Source of the DNA: an uncultured Lentisphaerales bacterium
GTDB taxonomy: Bacteria > Verrucomicrobiota > Lentisphaeria > JABSQK01 > UBA12247
Direction: 5' to 3'
Assembly: GCA_943788985.1 (NCBI GenBank)
Contig: CALSSJ010000022.1
Span: 32,001 to 96,000 of the forward strand
DNA: 64,000 nucleotides
A program made the position numbers and the translations under genes. A model generated the notes under the pieces. It ran no database searches and was not told the origin of the DNA. It was given only the letters and a program-made list of their open reading frames with translations. Positions 10,207 to 19,850 of this stretch are shown one piece after another (the first letter of the stretch is position 1; each line of letters begins with the position of its first letter).

Positions 10207-12915
10207 TTAGTCGTCGAGCAGGCTGGCCATGTCGCTGAGGCTGAGTCCGGGAGGAAGTGCGGTCGCGCCATCGATTACTTCTGCGAAGAGGGCGCGTTTC
10301 TCTTGCTGGAGTTTGAGCACGCGTTCTTCGACCGAGTCGGCGGTTGCGAGGCGATAGGCGACGACGGGCTTGTCCTGGCCAATCCGGTGCGCACGGTCGA
10401 TGGCCTGTTGTTCGACCGCTGGGTTCCACCAGGGATCGTAGAGGAAGACGTAGTCTGCCTTGGTCAAGGTGAGCCCGGTGCCCGCTGCGCGGAGGCTGAG
10501 GAGGAAGACCATCGGGATGTCGGCCTTGGTGAAGGTCTCGATGCGCTTCTGGCGCACCGCAGCGGGCGTATCGCCGGTGATAATCTGGTAGGGAATATGG
10601 GCGGCCTTGAGCGCTGCTTCGATGATGTGCAGCATCTTGACAAACTGGCTGAAGACGAGCGAGGAATGACCAGCATCGCGAAGCTCCTCCAGGCGCTCCA
10701 TGAGCACCCCGAGTTTTGCGGACTCCGCAGCAGCAAGTGATCCGCTGACGAGGGCGGGATGACAGCAAATCTGACGTAGCCGCGTGAGTTGGGCAAAGAC
10801 CTGCATTGGGCCACCGCCTTCTTCGCGCGCTCGGCGGCGAGTTTCGTCGTAGAGCCGGCGCTGTTGATCGGTCATCGGTACGGTGAGGAGTTCCTCGGTT
10901 CGGGCGGGAAGATCCGGGGCGACCTCTTCCTTGGTGCGCCGCAGGATCAGCGGTGCGAGTTGCTTCTGTAGTCGCACGCGGTTGCGTGCGGAGAACGTAT
11001 ACTCATCCTCAAAATCTCGCTGCCTTCCTAGGTAGCCGGGGTTGAGCAGGTCGATCAGGCTCCAGAGATCGCGAAGGCGGTTCTCGAGCGGCGTGCCGGT
11101 GACCGCCACACGCCCTGCCGCTGGCAGCGCCCGGGCGGCGATACTTACCGCGGCATCTGGATTCTTGAGTTGCTGTGCTTCGTCGAAGATTGCCAGATCC
11201 CATTGCGAAGTTCGCAACGCTTGGATGTCGTTGCGCATGACGGCGTAGGTGCAAATCAGCAGCTGATTCGAGGAATCCGCTAGGGCTTGTTTCCGCTGTT
11301 CCGGGGACCCGACCAGCGACTGGACCTTCAAGCTGGGCGTAAAGCGCTGGCTTTCTTGTTGCCAGACACCGACCACGGAGGCCGGGCAAACGACTAGCCC
11401 GCGCCAGCCTGCTCGGGCCACGGCTTGGACGTAGGCCAGAATCTGCACAGTCTTGCCCAGGCCCATGTCATCGGCCAAGAGACAGGAGACGCTGGCGGCG
11501 AGTCTACTGCGGAGAAATTGACAGCCCGCCAGCTGATAGCTGCGCAGTTCGCCTGCGAACTCGGCAAGCGGTGCAAACTCCGTAATTTCTGGTTGGGCGG
11601 CTGCTTGCTTAAGGAGGGCCTTGGCGGTTTGCGAACTCCGCAACCTGGGGAGCTCGACGAGTGCTCGACTGACCGCACTAAGCTCGGTGCGGGCGACGCG
11701 CTGTTTGCCCATGCGCAGGCCGCTGGTGGCGATCTGCTTACGGAACAAGTGCACGGCTTCATTGGAAAGGCGCAACCAAGCGCCTTCAGCGCTGCGAAAG
11801 CAGGTCTGGCCGCGCTCGGTGGCTTGGCTGAGTTGCTCGGGGGTGAGTGAAATGCCAGCGGCCTCGGCGGTTATTTGCAGGTCGCACCAGGCTGCGCTCT
11901 CGACTGCCATCACACCGGCGGTAAGCGCGGCATCGCCTTGGGTAAAGGCAGTCAGCCCGGGCGTGCTGCGCACGGAGACGGAGTCGGGCAGGGCGTCGAG
12001 AGCTGTGCCGAAGCGGTGAAGGCGATCGACGTCACCGGCGATGCGAAACTTGTTTCGGTCGACGGTCGCTCCCGCGGAGTTAAGCGCCTCTGCTACGCTT
12101 GCGAGGTCCGCAGATTCGTAGCTCAAAACTTGGAAGCGCTCGCGGCCGTTCTTTAGGATGCGTACGTCTTGGAGGTCGGGGCGTACGGGCCGCGCCGCGC
12201 CGACATGAACCTCGGCGCAAATGTCCGCGCCATCTTCTTCGAGCACGAGGACGGTCTTGGCCTGGCGGCGATCGTGGACCACATCTCCTGCGACGAGATC
12301 GAGCCTGCCGTTGAGAATACCCGGGAGATTGGTGACGAGCTTTTGGGTGTCTACGACCGGGTCCTGCTTAGCAAAGAGCTGATCGACCAGCTCTCGCGGG
12401 ATGGGGAAGTCGATGGTGAGCGTCCGGCCATCGACAGCGTAGCGGGCCTGCTTGCCCTTTGGGACGAAGCGGAGGCTATGATAGGGATACCGCGATTTAT
12501 CCGGAAGCACCGCCACGGCATGCAGCTGGGTCTTGTTGCCGCGGTGGTCTAGCGGGAACAGCAGGGTTGCGGACTCCGCAGATTGCGCGGCGCTGGCCTT
12601 GGTGGCACGATCGATGAAGCGATCGGGAGTATCGGCGAAGCGTGTCAGCCAGCCCTCGAAGGTGGGGATTGGCACTTTCAGCGCTTTGAGATTGGCCTTC
12701 AATATATGCGGCTTGCTGACGATCGTCCAGAGCAACTTGACCAGGGTCTCATCCTCTGGGCGCAAGCCTTGATCTTTTCCCCAGCGGGCGCGCTGGCCAA
12801 AATTATAGAGCTGTTGGACTGAAAGATTCGTCCGTTCCGTGGTCTCTACGCGGAATATCCAGCATGTGATCATGCCTCGTGCATGCGTGTGATCAATCTC
12901 AACTTCGAGTCGCAT
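10207..12915 (-). CDS. SNF2-family helicase/ATPase
   Basis: LRSYQ, LADDMGLGKT, DEAQ, TGTP.EN, LVFSQF, QAIDRAHRIGQ. Confidence 0.93.
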   Translation of the reverse strand: MRLEVEIDHTHARGMITCWIFRVETTERTNLSVQQLYNFGQRARWGKDQGLRPEDETLVKLLWTIVSKPHILKANLKALKVPIPTFEGWLTRFADTPDRFIDRATKASAAQSAESATLLFPLDHRGNKTQLHAVAVLPDKSRYPYHSLRFVPKGKQARYAVDGRTLTIDFPIPRELVDQLFAKQDPVVDTQKLVTNLPGILNGRLDLVAGDVVHDRRQAKTVLVLEEDGADICAEVHVGAARPVRPDLQDVRILKNGRERFQVLSYESADLASVAEALNSAGATVDRNKFRIAGDVDRLHRFGTALDALPDSVSVRSTPGLTAFTQGDAALTAGVMAVESAAWCDLQITAEAAGISLTPEQLSQATERGQTCFRSAEGAWLRLSNEAVHLFRKQIATSGLRMGKQRVARTELSAVSRALVELPRLRSSQTAKALLKQAAAQPEITEFAPLAEFAGELRSYQLAGCQFLRSRLAASVSCLLADDMGLGKTVQILAYVQAVARAGWRGLVVCPASVVGVWQQESQRFTPSLKVQSLVGSPEQRKQALADSSNQLLICTYAVMRNDIQALRTSQWDLAIFDEAQQLKNPDAAVSIAARALPAAGRVAVTGTPLENRLRDLWSLIDLLNPGYLGRQRDFEDEYTFSARNRVRLQKQLAPLILRRTKEEVAPDLPARTEELLTVPMTDQQRRLYDETRRRAREEGGGPMQVFAQLTRLRQICCHPALVSGSLAAAESAKLGVLMERLEELRDAGHSSLVFSQFVKMLHIIEAALKAAHIPYQIITGDTPAAVRQKRIETFTKADIPMVFLLSLRAAGTGLTLTKADYVFLYDPWWNPAVEQQAIDRAHRIGQDKPVVAYRLATADSVEERVLKLQQEKRALFAEVIDGATALPPGLSLSDMASLLDD

Positions 12916-12936
12916 CCAGTTCTAGTCTCTCATCTA

Positions 12937-12965
12937 TTGGCGCTCTCGCGACGCCGGATTATAGT
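12937..12965 (+). promoter_or_regulatory. Putative sigma-70 promoter of tRNA-Gln
   Basis: TTGGCG-17 bp-TATAGT, ending 16 nt before the tRNA. Confidence 0.5.
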
Positions 12966-12981
12966 ACGCACTCGCCGGATT

Positions 12982-13055
12982 TACCCCATGGTGTAACGGT
13001 AGCACAACTGGTTTTGATCCAGTCAGCCTAGGTTCGAATCCTAGTGGGGTAGCCA
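12982..13055 (+). tRNA. tRNA-Gln (TTG)
   Basis: Acceptor stem TACCCCA/TGGGGTA, anticodon arm ACTGG-TTTTGAT-CCAGT, GGTTCGAATCC T-arm, encoded CCA. Confidence 0.96.
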
Positions 13056-13122
13056 TACATCCTATTCTGGCGTTCGCAACGCCCGCCGGATGAATCCGCA
13101 GCAGCAGGAATATGAGCGTTCG

Positions 13123-13839
13123 ATGCCCCATACCCGCATGACCTTGACTGAGGCAGCTGGCTATCTGCACCTGGCAGAATCCGAAGTGCTGGCGCTGTTC
13201 CGCAACAACGAAATTCCCGCTATTCCCGGGCCCTCTCCGGTTTTCATGAAGCAGGAGCTGCATGACTGGCTGGCGCGCAAGCTACTTGGGGCGGAACAGA
13301 AGCCGATCGTGGCTTATCACACGAGTGCGGGCCGGATTTTTGAACCGCTGCCGCAGGTAGAGCGGCCCTTCGTTTCTACGTTTATTCTGCCGGAATGCAT
13401 CGCTCTGAATGTCTCCGCAAAGTCGAAGACGCGCGTGCTGCGGGAGCTGGTGAAGCTGGCAGCACAGAGCAATCTTGTCTCGGATGATGAGGAGTTTATG
13501 GGCTTGGTAGAGGAGCGAGAGTCGCTTTGTTCGACCGCTTTAGGCCATGGCGTGGCGATGCCGCATTCGCGCGTTCATGATGAGTATCTTATTTTCGAAA
13601 CCTTCATGGTGGTCATGATTCTCGAGACTCCGATCCACTTCGGCGCGGATGATAATCAACCGACGGACGTGTTCCTGATGCCGTGTGCTCACGATGACCG
13701 GATTCACCTTTACATGATTGCACGTTTGGCGCGGCTGCTCCATGATACGGCCATCGCTACGGACCTGCGCGCGTGCGAGGATGCGGAAGATGTCATTGGC
13801 GTATTTCGTGCCCATGAATGCGAGTTTGCAGGGGTGTAA
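13123..13839 (+). CDS. PTS IIA (Ntr/fructose-type) protein with N-terminal excisionase-like HTH
   Basis: MTLTEAAGYLHL...EIPA HTH; ERESLCSTALGHGVAMPH retains the phospho-His; FGADDNQPTDVF. The start could be 13090. Confidence 0.85.
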   Translation: MPHTRMTLTEAAGYLHLAESEVLALFRNNEIPAIPGPSPVFMKQELHDWLARKLLGAEQKPIVAYHTSAGRIFEPLPQVERPFVSTFILPECIALNVSAKSKTRVLRELVKLAAQSNLVSDDEEFMGLVEERESLCSTALGHGVAMPHSRVHDEYLIFETFMVVMILETPIHFGADDNQPTDVFLMPCAHDDRIHLYMIARLARLLHDTAIATDLRACEDAEDVIGVFRAHECEFAGV

Positions 13840-13855
13840 CACTGGGGTTTCAGGC

Positions 13856-15556
13856 ATGGCAAAACAACAACTTGAGATCCGTAAGCAGGCAGCAGCCGCG
13901 TCGACTCCCGATGTGTCTGCAATAGAGTCGCGCCTGAGCGAGATCGAAGGGGCGCTGGACAGCCTTACGTGCAAAGCCAAACGGCTCGATCAGGAGCGGC
14001 AGACGTACCGTGACGCGGTGAGTGCCCTGAGGGACTCGGTGGTTCGTTCGCTAGCAGCGCTGGATGCGGTGAGCTTTCATGCCGAGCTTGGCGAAGAGAT
14101 TTCGCAGCTGCGTGCTGCGCAACGGGCGCTGATGTCCGAGCTTCGGCCTTCGAGCGAAACGGACGAGTCGCCGACTGTGGGCGAGTTGACAATGGGCTCG
14201 ATGATTCAGGTCGAGGCGCCGATTCCGGACGATGATCATCCGACCGTGGGGGATCTCGAAGAGGAACGGTTGGATTCGGACCAGGCGACAACGGTGGACG
14301 AGCTCCGCCTTTCCGAGGTGTATAAACGCCTCGGGAATTCAAGTGCGGCCGTGGCCAAGGGCCCGCCGCGCTCGAGCGCGGGCTCTGCCTGCAAGTCACA
14401 GCTTAAGGCGCTGTTGAACGCCTCGGAAAAATTGCACCAGACGCGGAAGATGCCGCTGTCCGGAACGGTCATCGACCTGCAATTTATCGCCGAGTTGTAC
14501 GATCGCTCCCTGTCGGTCTTGGAAGAATTTCTGATCGTGCACGACGAGAACAAACGGATGGCGCGGCGGATTTTTGATGACGAGCCGCGGTCTTGTCAGC
14601 AGGCCAAGGTAGCGGAGTTCTGGGCCGGACAGCCGACCGAGCAGTACCGGCATTACCGCTCACAGGCGGTGATCGACAAGGTGTTTGATTTTATCGAGGA
14701 CCAGATTAACCACTTTCATGCGTTCAGCTATTACGAACTCATTGACGTTCTGGCAGCGACGGTGAACGTGCAGCGCATCGCACCCCGTGCGGGCGACCTG
14801 TTCGACGAGAGTGTGCACAAGACCCAGGGCGTGAGCCCAGCGCCAGGTTGCGTGGTAAAGGAAATTACCAGTTCGGGGTATCTGGATCTACAAGACAGCA
14901 TTCCAGCGCGGCGGGCGACCGTGACTGTGGATGCCCCGCGCAAAGCGGCCGCGCTTGCCCCGAGCGCTTTCGTGGAGTCGGCTTCGCGAGAAGTGCCGCC
15001 GCATCCTGAGGTAGAGCGTTGCCATAAAAGAGTTATTGGCCTTAAGCTGGCGTTGTTGAAGATGCTGAACGCGAGCAATACGGAGCTCCTCGAGCCACTT
15101 CCCGCTGAAGTTAAGGCCATGATTCACTTAAAATGTAACGAGTACCACAAGCGTTTCCGTGAGTTGCACGCGAAGCATCGCGAGCAAGCGCAGCAGCGGT
15201 ATGAGCGGCTTGAAAAAGGCGGGCGCGCGGATCTAGGCATGTTCTGGGATGACGAGGTGGTCTCGGAGTATAGACGCTACGCGACGATGGGGTTCATGGA
15301 AGATGTGCTCGACCCCGTGGAAGATCAGATTCTCGCTGTGCGCAAGATTGACGCCCTACACATTCTGGATCTGCTGGCGTGGGAAATGGACTTGGTGCGG
15401 CTGCCGATCCAGTTTGGCAAGACAAAGTTCGATCCGATAGTTCATGACGGCCCGGCCGCGAACGACGCTGGTTGCGTAGTGCTCGGCCTGATTCGCTCCG
15501 GATACGACGCGGCGGACGGGGAGCGGCTCTACCGCAAGGCCACCGTTACCCTTTGA
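13856..15556 (+). CDS. Hypothetical protein: N-terminal coiled coil, acidic linker, and two tandem ~175-aa repeats each ending in a GrpE-like beta head
   Basis: Repeat pairs LLNAS/MLNAS, EFW/MFW, YRHY/YRRY, VFDFIEDQI/VLDPVEDQI, FDESVH/FDPIVH, GCVV..SGY, RRATVTV/RKATVTL. Confidence 0.75.
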   Translation: MAKQQLEIRKQAAAASTPDVSAIESRLSEIEGALDSLTCKAKRLDQERQTYRDAVSALRDSVVRSLAALDAVSFHAELGEEISQLRAAQRALMSELRPSSETDESPTVGELTMGSMIQVEAPIPDDDHPTVGDLEEERLDSDQATTVDELRLSEVYKRLGNSSAAVAKGPPRSSAGSACKSQLKALLNASEKLHQTRKMPLSGTVIDLQFIAELYDRSLSVLEEFLIVHDENKRMARRIFDDEPRSCQQAKVAEFWAGQPTEQYRHYRSQAVIDKVFDFIEDQINHFHAFSYYELIDVLAATVNVQRIAPRAGDLFDESVHKTQGVSPAPGCVVKEITSSGYLDLQDSIPARRATVTVDAPRKAAALAPSAFVESASREVPPHPEVERCHKRVIGLKLALLKMLNASNTELLEPLPAEVKAMIHLKCNEYHKRFRELHAKHREQAQQRYERLEKGGRADLGMFWDDEVVSEYRRYATMGFMEDVLDPVEDQILAVRKIDALHILDLLAWEMDLVRLPIQFGKTKFDPIVHDGPAANDAGCVVLGLIRSGYDAADGERLYRKATVTL

Positions 15557-15583
15557 GTCTCGGGCTATCGCACTGGCTAAGCT

Positions 15584-16420
15584 ATGACTGAGGACGACCC
15601 AGATCGTGACCCAGATCTTGATCTTGACCTGTCAGAGTTGCCCGTTGCAGTTGGGCAGCCAGAGGACGCTATGCTGGTGGACTTGGTCGAGGTCCCGCCG
15701 GGCTACTTTCAGCTCACCCGTTCGGCAACGTATTGCTTTCTGGCAGCCTTGCCGTTGCTGGTCGCGTATGAGCTATTGATCATCTTGGCCAATCGGACCC
15801 GGGTGCAGCAGGTGCGCGTGGGGGCCGACGTCTGGACCAAGCAAATCTTGGAGGCCGCCGGAGTGACGACCCACGCGACTCTGGCGACTACGGCTCTGGC
15901 CGTAGGGGTAATTGCAATTCTCTGTGACAGTCATCGCCGTGTAGAACTGCGGCCGTACTATTTCGCCGGGATGTTTCTGGAGAGCATTCTGTACGCCATC
16001 GGCATGGCCTATGTGGTCTTCAAGCTTGTCTATTCTGTTCTACCAGCAGTGCTGCCAAGTGTTGCCATCGGTGCGGGGGACGGCTTCATTCTCAGTCTGG
16101 CGCTGTCGCTGGGCGCGGGCCTGTATGAAGAGCTGTTTTTCCGGGTGTTGCTGTTTGGGGGGATCGCAGCGCTGCTGCGATTGTTCCTAAAGAAGCGTAG
16201 AGCGCTTGTGGTTGCCGCAATTGTGAGCTCTCTTATCTTCAGTGGGATTCATTATATAGGGGAGTTTGCGTATGTCCTTGAGCTGCAATCATTTCTGTTT
16301 CGGTTCTTGTTGGGCATCGTGCTCACCGGGATTTACTACGCGCGTGGTTTTGCGGTCGCCGCCTGGTCGCATGCGTTGTATGACGTGCTGGTTATCTTTG
16401 TGAATCACAATGCAAACTGA
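15584..16420 (+). CDS. CPBP (CAAX/Abi) family intramembrane metalloprotease
   Basis: Multiple TM segments; EELFFR, FSGIHY, HALYD. Confidence 0.88.
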   Translation: MTEDDPDRDPDLDLDLSELPVAVGQPEDAMLVDLVEVPPGYFQLTRSATYCFLAALPLLVAYELLIILANRTRVQQVRVGADVWTKQILEAAGVTTHATLATTALAVGVIAILCDSHRRVELRPYYFAGMFLESILYAIGMAYVVFKLVYSVLPAVLPSVAIGAGDGFILSLALSLGAGLYEELFFRVLLFGGIAALLRLFLKKRRALVVAAIVSSLIFSGIHYIGEFAYVLELQSFLFRFLLGIVLTGIYYARGFAVAAWSHALYDVLVIFVNHNAN

Positions 16421-17903
16421 CTTCGCTCGCTTCTCCGAAGCGTTTAGCACACAGAATGCCGACATTGTGGATGGCCTGGAGGAGGCGCTCTACGCCTACA
16501 CGGCCAGCCACCAGATCACCTTTGCCGAAGCGGTCGAGTTTGGCGGGCAGGTCGTCCAGGCATTCCAAGAGTCGGCTATAGTGAAGGCCCGGACCCTGGT
16601 GCTGAATCAGTATCTGGCGCAAATTGAGCGGATTGCCCCCGCCCGGCTTACGGCCTCGACTTCGTCGACCGTAGCGCTGGTATCACGGCAGCTCTACAGC
16701 GCCGATGAGTGGGCCGCTCTCAATGTGCCCGGCGCGATTCCCGATGACATCGTGCACGCAGCGGAGGCGGCGCAGAATCGCAACGTTGCTGTGCGCACTG
16801 TGCTGGAGGCTCTATTTCGCTGGCTACAATCGATCGACCTGGAGGCGGCGCTTGCTTGGGAGCTGGAGTTGGTGAAGGATAAAGAGGTGGACCCGGACTT
16901 GGGACGGGACCTGCTGCAAGCCTGGGAGCTGCTGGATGGGCTGCCAGTTGGTTGCCTTAAATTTGCCGCAGATGCCGCCGGAGATCCGCAGGTGCAGCGC
17001 CAATGGCCTGCGGTCTGTGCCGCGGCGGACCGAGTTCTGCGGCGGCACGCGCTGCAGTGGATTGTTGAGAGCGAGACGCCTCGCGAACTCCGCAGTCTGG
17101 TTCGCGCGATTCCCCTGCAGGAGGAGCTGGAGCTGCGTGCGGCTCTGGCCGTGGCGATCGAAGGCTTGGGTGCGCGCGTGACGTATTTCTCGAGTCTGGC
17201 CACGCGCGATGAGGAGATGGTTGCGAAGTTCGCACCGGTTTTGGGCCGGGAGTTTCTTGGAATTATGGGGCTGTTTGTGCCGTTGATGGTCGCGGCAGAT
17301 ATCATCCTGACGTCTCCCGATGGTGCGCACGGCTTTGCCCTGTCGGTCTTTGGCTTTAGCGATCGGGCCCGCAAGAACTGGAAGGCACGACTGGAGGAGC
17401 GCGCGGTGGAGGCGGTTCGCCGGGCGTTCATGTTTGACCTAAAAAATAAGCGCAAGCCGATCCAAACGATCGAGCGGCTCTCGTTCGGGGATGAGGCGCT
17501 GATGGCATCTGCGAAAGGTATGCTCGACCTGCTGAGTGGGGACTTCGATAATATCAAGGATCGCGAGGGGGCGGTGGAGGTGTTGGCCCCTGCCTACGCA
17601 GATTCGCGTGAACCGGCGTTGCGTGCGACCGAGATTGGCCGCCGCTATCGCAGCTTGATGCGTGCGTTGCATCCGGATTCTTTGGCGCATATTCTCCCCG
17701 CAGACGTGCTGCAGACGGCCCAGGAAAAGCAGGAGACGATCCAGAATCTGACCACCATCGCAACGGAGTCCCGGCGGTTTCTGCAGCAGCGCCGTGCGGA
17801 GTACGCAACGACCGAAGCGATGATCGCGAGCGAGACGGGCTATTGCGAGTCGATTCGGGCCATACGCCTCTCTTACATTCGCGGAGTTCTCGATGTGCCG
17901 TAG
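16410..17903 (+). CDS. Hypothetical, probably all-alpha protein (497 aa)
   Basis: Long ORF with natural composition, overlapping the previous stop; no motif recognised. Confidence 0.75.
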   Translation: MQTDFARFSEAFSTQNADIVDGLEEALYAYTASHQITFAEAVEFGGQVVQAFQESAIVKARTLVLNQYLAQIERIAPARLTASTSSTVALVSRQLYSADEWAALNVPGAIPDDIVHAAEAAQNRNVAVRTVLEALFRWLQSIDLEAALAWELELVKDKEVDPDLGRDLLQAWELLDGLPVGCLKFAADAAGDPQVQRQWPAVCAAADRVLRRHALQWIVESETPRELRSLVRAIPLQEELELRAALAVAIEGLGARVTYFSSLATRDEEMVAKFAPVLGREFLGIMGLFVPLMVAADIILTSPDGAHGFALSVFGFSDRARKNWKARLEERAVEAVRRAFMFDLKNKRKPIQTIERLSFGDEALMASAKGMLDLLSGDFDNIKDREGAVEVLAPAYADSREPALRATEIGRRYRSLMRALHPDSLAHILPADVLQTAQEKQETIQNLTTIATESRRFLQQRRAEYATTEAMIASETGYCESIRAIRLSYIRGVLDVP

Positions 17904-17987
17904 AATCCGCATGTACTTTTCGCGCGCGGGAGGCATCACCCGTGCTACTTTACTCAATTACAGGTGAATCAGGACGCGGGAACGACT

Positions 17988-19844
17988 ATGGAGATTCTGG
18001 CTGCTACCAATAACGCGCACAAGCTTTTTGAACTCAAGCAACTGTTGGCTGCATTGGGGATATCTGTGCGCGGCGCCGAAGATGTGGGTGGGATTCCGGA
18101 GGTAGACGAGGATGCCCCCACCTTCAAGGGGAATGCGCTGAAGAAGGCCATCTCGGCGGCCCAGCATGCCAATTGCGTGGCGCTGGCCGATGACTCGGGG
18201 CTGGAGGTATTCAGCCTGAATCGTGATCCGGGCGTGATGAGCGCCCGCTACGCTGGCACGCACGGTGACGATGTTGCGAACATCGCAAAAGTTCTGGATG
18301 CGCTAGAGGATTGCGAGGATCGCAGAGCACGCTTTGTCTGCGCGATCGCTGTCGCCCGGCCGAATGGCCAGGCGGATGTGGTGGAGGGAGACGTTTATGG
18401 CACGATTACGCACAAGCCGCGGGGAGACCGCGGCTTTGGCTACGACCCTATTTTTATCCCGGATGGCGACGACCGTACGTTTGGCGAATTTACGCCGGCT
18501 GAGAAGGATAAGATTAGCCACCGATCGGCAGCACTGCGCGCCGCGACTGCCTGCAAGCTGTTTGAGTCTGTGCTCGGCCAGCCCTCGTCCGCGGACCTGT
18601 TTGAGCGGGCCATTGCGGTAATTCCGGGCGGGGTGAATAGTCCGGTGCGGGCATTTGGCTCTGTGGGTGGCGAGCCGTTGTACGTGAAGTCCGGAACTGG
18701 AGCGCGCTTCGAATCCGTGGAGGGCACGCAATTTCTGGATTTCTGCTGCTCATGGGGGCCGTTGATTTTGGGGCATGCGCATCCTGAAGTGGTGGACGCT
18801 GTGCAGCGAGCGAGCGAAGCTGGGCTGTCCTACGGTCTAAACACGCCAGGCGAAGTAGAGATCGCCGAGACTATTTCGCGGCTTGTGCCGGAGATGGAGA
18901 TGGTGCGTCTGGTGAACTCGGGGACCGAGGCCACGATGACGGCGCTGCGCTTGGCCCGCGGGGTTACGGGGCGGCGGAAGATGATCAAGTTTGACGGTTG
19001 CTACCACGGACACTCGGACCAACTGCTGGTTGCGGCGGGAAGTGGCTTGCTGACGGGGGGGATTTCCTCATCTGCGGGCGTGTCTGGTGACGATGTCTTT
19101 GTCGCGCCATACAACGATCTCCGCGCCGTGCGCGAGATCATTCACGCACACGGGCAGGAGCTGGCGGCGATTATCGTGGAGCCGGTCGCAGGCAACATGG
19201 GCTATGTTTGCCCGAATGATGGTTTCCTCCAAGGGCTGCGCGCTCTGGCGGATGATTGCGGGGCGCTGCTGATTTTCGATGAGGTGATCACTGGCTTTCG
19301 CTTTGGCGCTACGACCTACGGGCACCTGCGCGGGATTAGCCCAGATTTGACTTGTCTGGGCAAGGTGATTGGCGGTGGACTGCCGATTGGCGCAATCGGT
19401 GGCTCGGCGCAGCACATGACGCGACTGGCTCCGCTGGGAGACGTCTACCAGGCTGGGACTCTGAGCGGGAACCCGGTGGCAGTGGCGGCCGGACTCACGA
19501 CGCTGCGGATTCTCGAGCGCGATAACCCGTATCCGCGTCTGGCCGAGCTGGGAACTGCAGCCCGAGATGGGTTGAACGAGCTACTGCAGGCAGCGCCGTT
19601 TCCCGCGCACTGTGCCGGGCAGGGGAGTGTGTTTACCATCTTTTTCGGCGAGGGGCCTATCGGAGATCTTAGTGGTGCTAAGGCCTGCGATACGGAGCGT
19701 TATGCTTCCTGCTTTCGCAGCATGAGGCGTGGAGGCGTGTATTTGCCGCCATCACAATTCGAACTTTCCTTTCTTTCGGCAGCGCACCACGAGGCCGATG
19801 TGGAGATGTTGATGTCGCGAATGGCGGCATGGCTCCGAGAGTGA
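17988..19844 (+). CDS. rdgB-hemL: Fusion of RdgB/HAM1 non-canonical purine NTP pyrophosphatase and glutamate-1-semialdehyde 2,1-aminomutase HemL
   Basis: N half: ATNNAHK, ADDSGL, PGVMSARY, GFGYDPIF, ISHR. C half: PGGVNSPVRAF, NSGTEA, GCYHG, DEVITGFR, LGKVIGGGLP, QAGTLSGNP. No stop between them. Confidence 0.92.
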   Translation: MEILAATNNAHKLFELKQLLAALGISVRGAEDVGGIPEVDEDAPTFKGNALKKAISAAQHANCVALADDSGLEVFSLNRDPGVMSARYAGTHGDDVANIAKVLDALEDCEDRRARFVCAIAVARPNGQADVVEGDVYGTITHKPRGDRGFGYDPIFIPDGDDRTFGEFTPAEKDKISHRSAALRAATACKLFESVLGQPSSADLFERAIAVIPGGVNSPVRAFGSVGGEPLYVKSGTGARFESVEGTQFLDFCCSWGPLILGHAHPEVVDAVQRASEAGLSYGLNTPGEVEIAETISRLVPEMEMVRLVNSGTEATMTALRLARGVTGRRKMIKFDGCYHGHSDQLLVAAGSGLLTGGISSSAGVSGDDVFVAPYNDLRAVREIIHAHGQELAAIIVEPVAGNMGYVCPNDGFLQGLRALADDCGALLIFDEVITGFRFGATTYGHLRGISPDLTCLGKVIGGGLPIGAIGGSAQHMTRLAPLGDVYQAGTLSGNPVAVAAGLTTLRILERDNPYPRLAELGTAARDGLNELLQAAPFPAHCAGQGSVFTIFFGEGPIGDLSGAKACDTERYASCFRSMRRGGVYLPPSQFELSFLSAAHHEADVEMLMSRMAAWLRE

Positions 19845-19850
19845 TAAACA

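Noticed and set aside
9345..12915. Anti-phage defence system (SNF2 helicase plus nuclease)
   Set aside because: The YhcG gene is a decayed remnant, and no methylase or other defence partner is adjacent. Stand-alone SNF2 ATPases are common.
12982..13055. tRNA-Gln (or tRNA-Leu at 48922) as an island integration site
   Set aside because: No integrase is present and I found no duplicated tRNA 3' end. The excisionase-like HTH downstream belongs to the PTS IIA protein.
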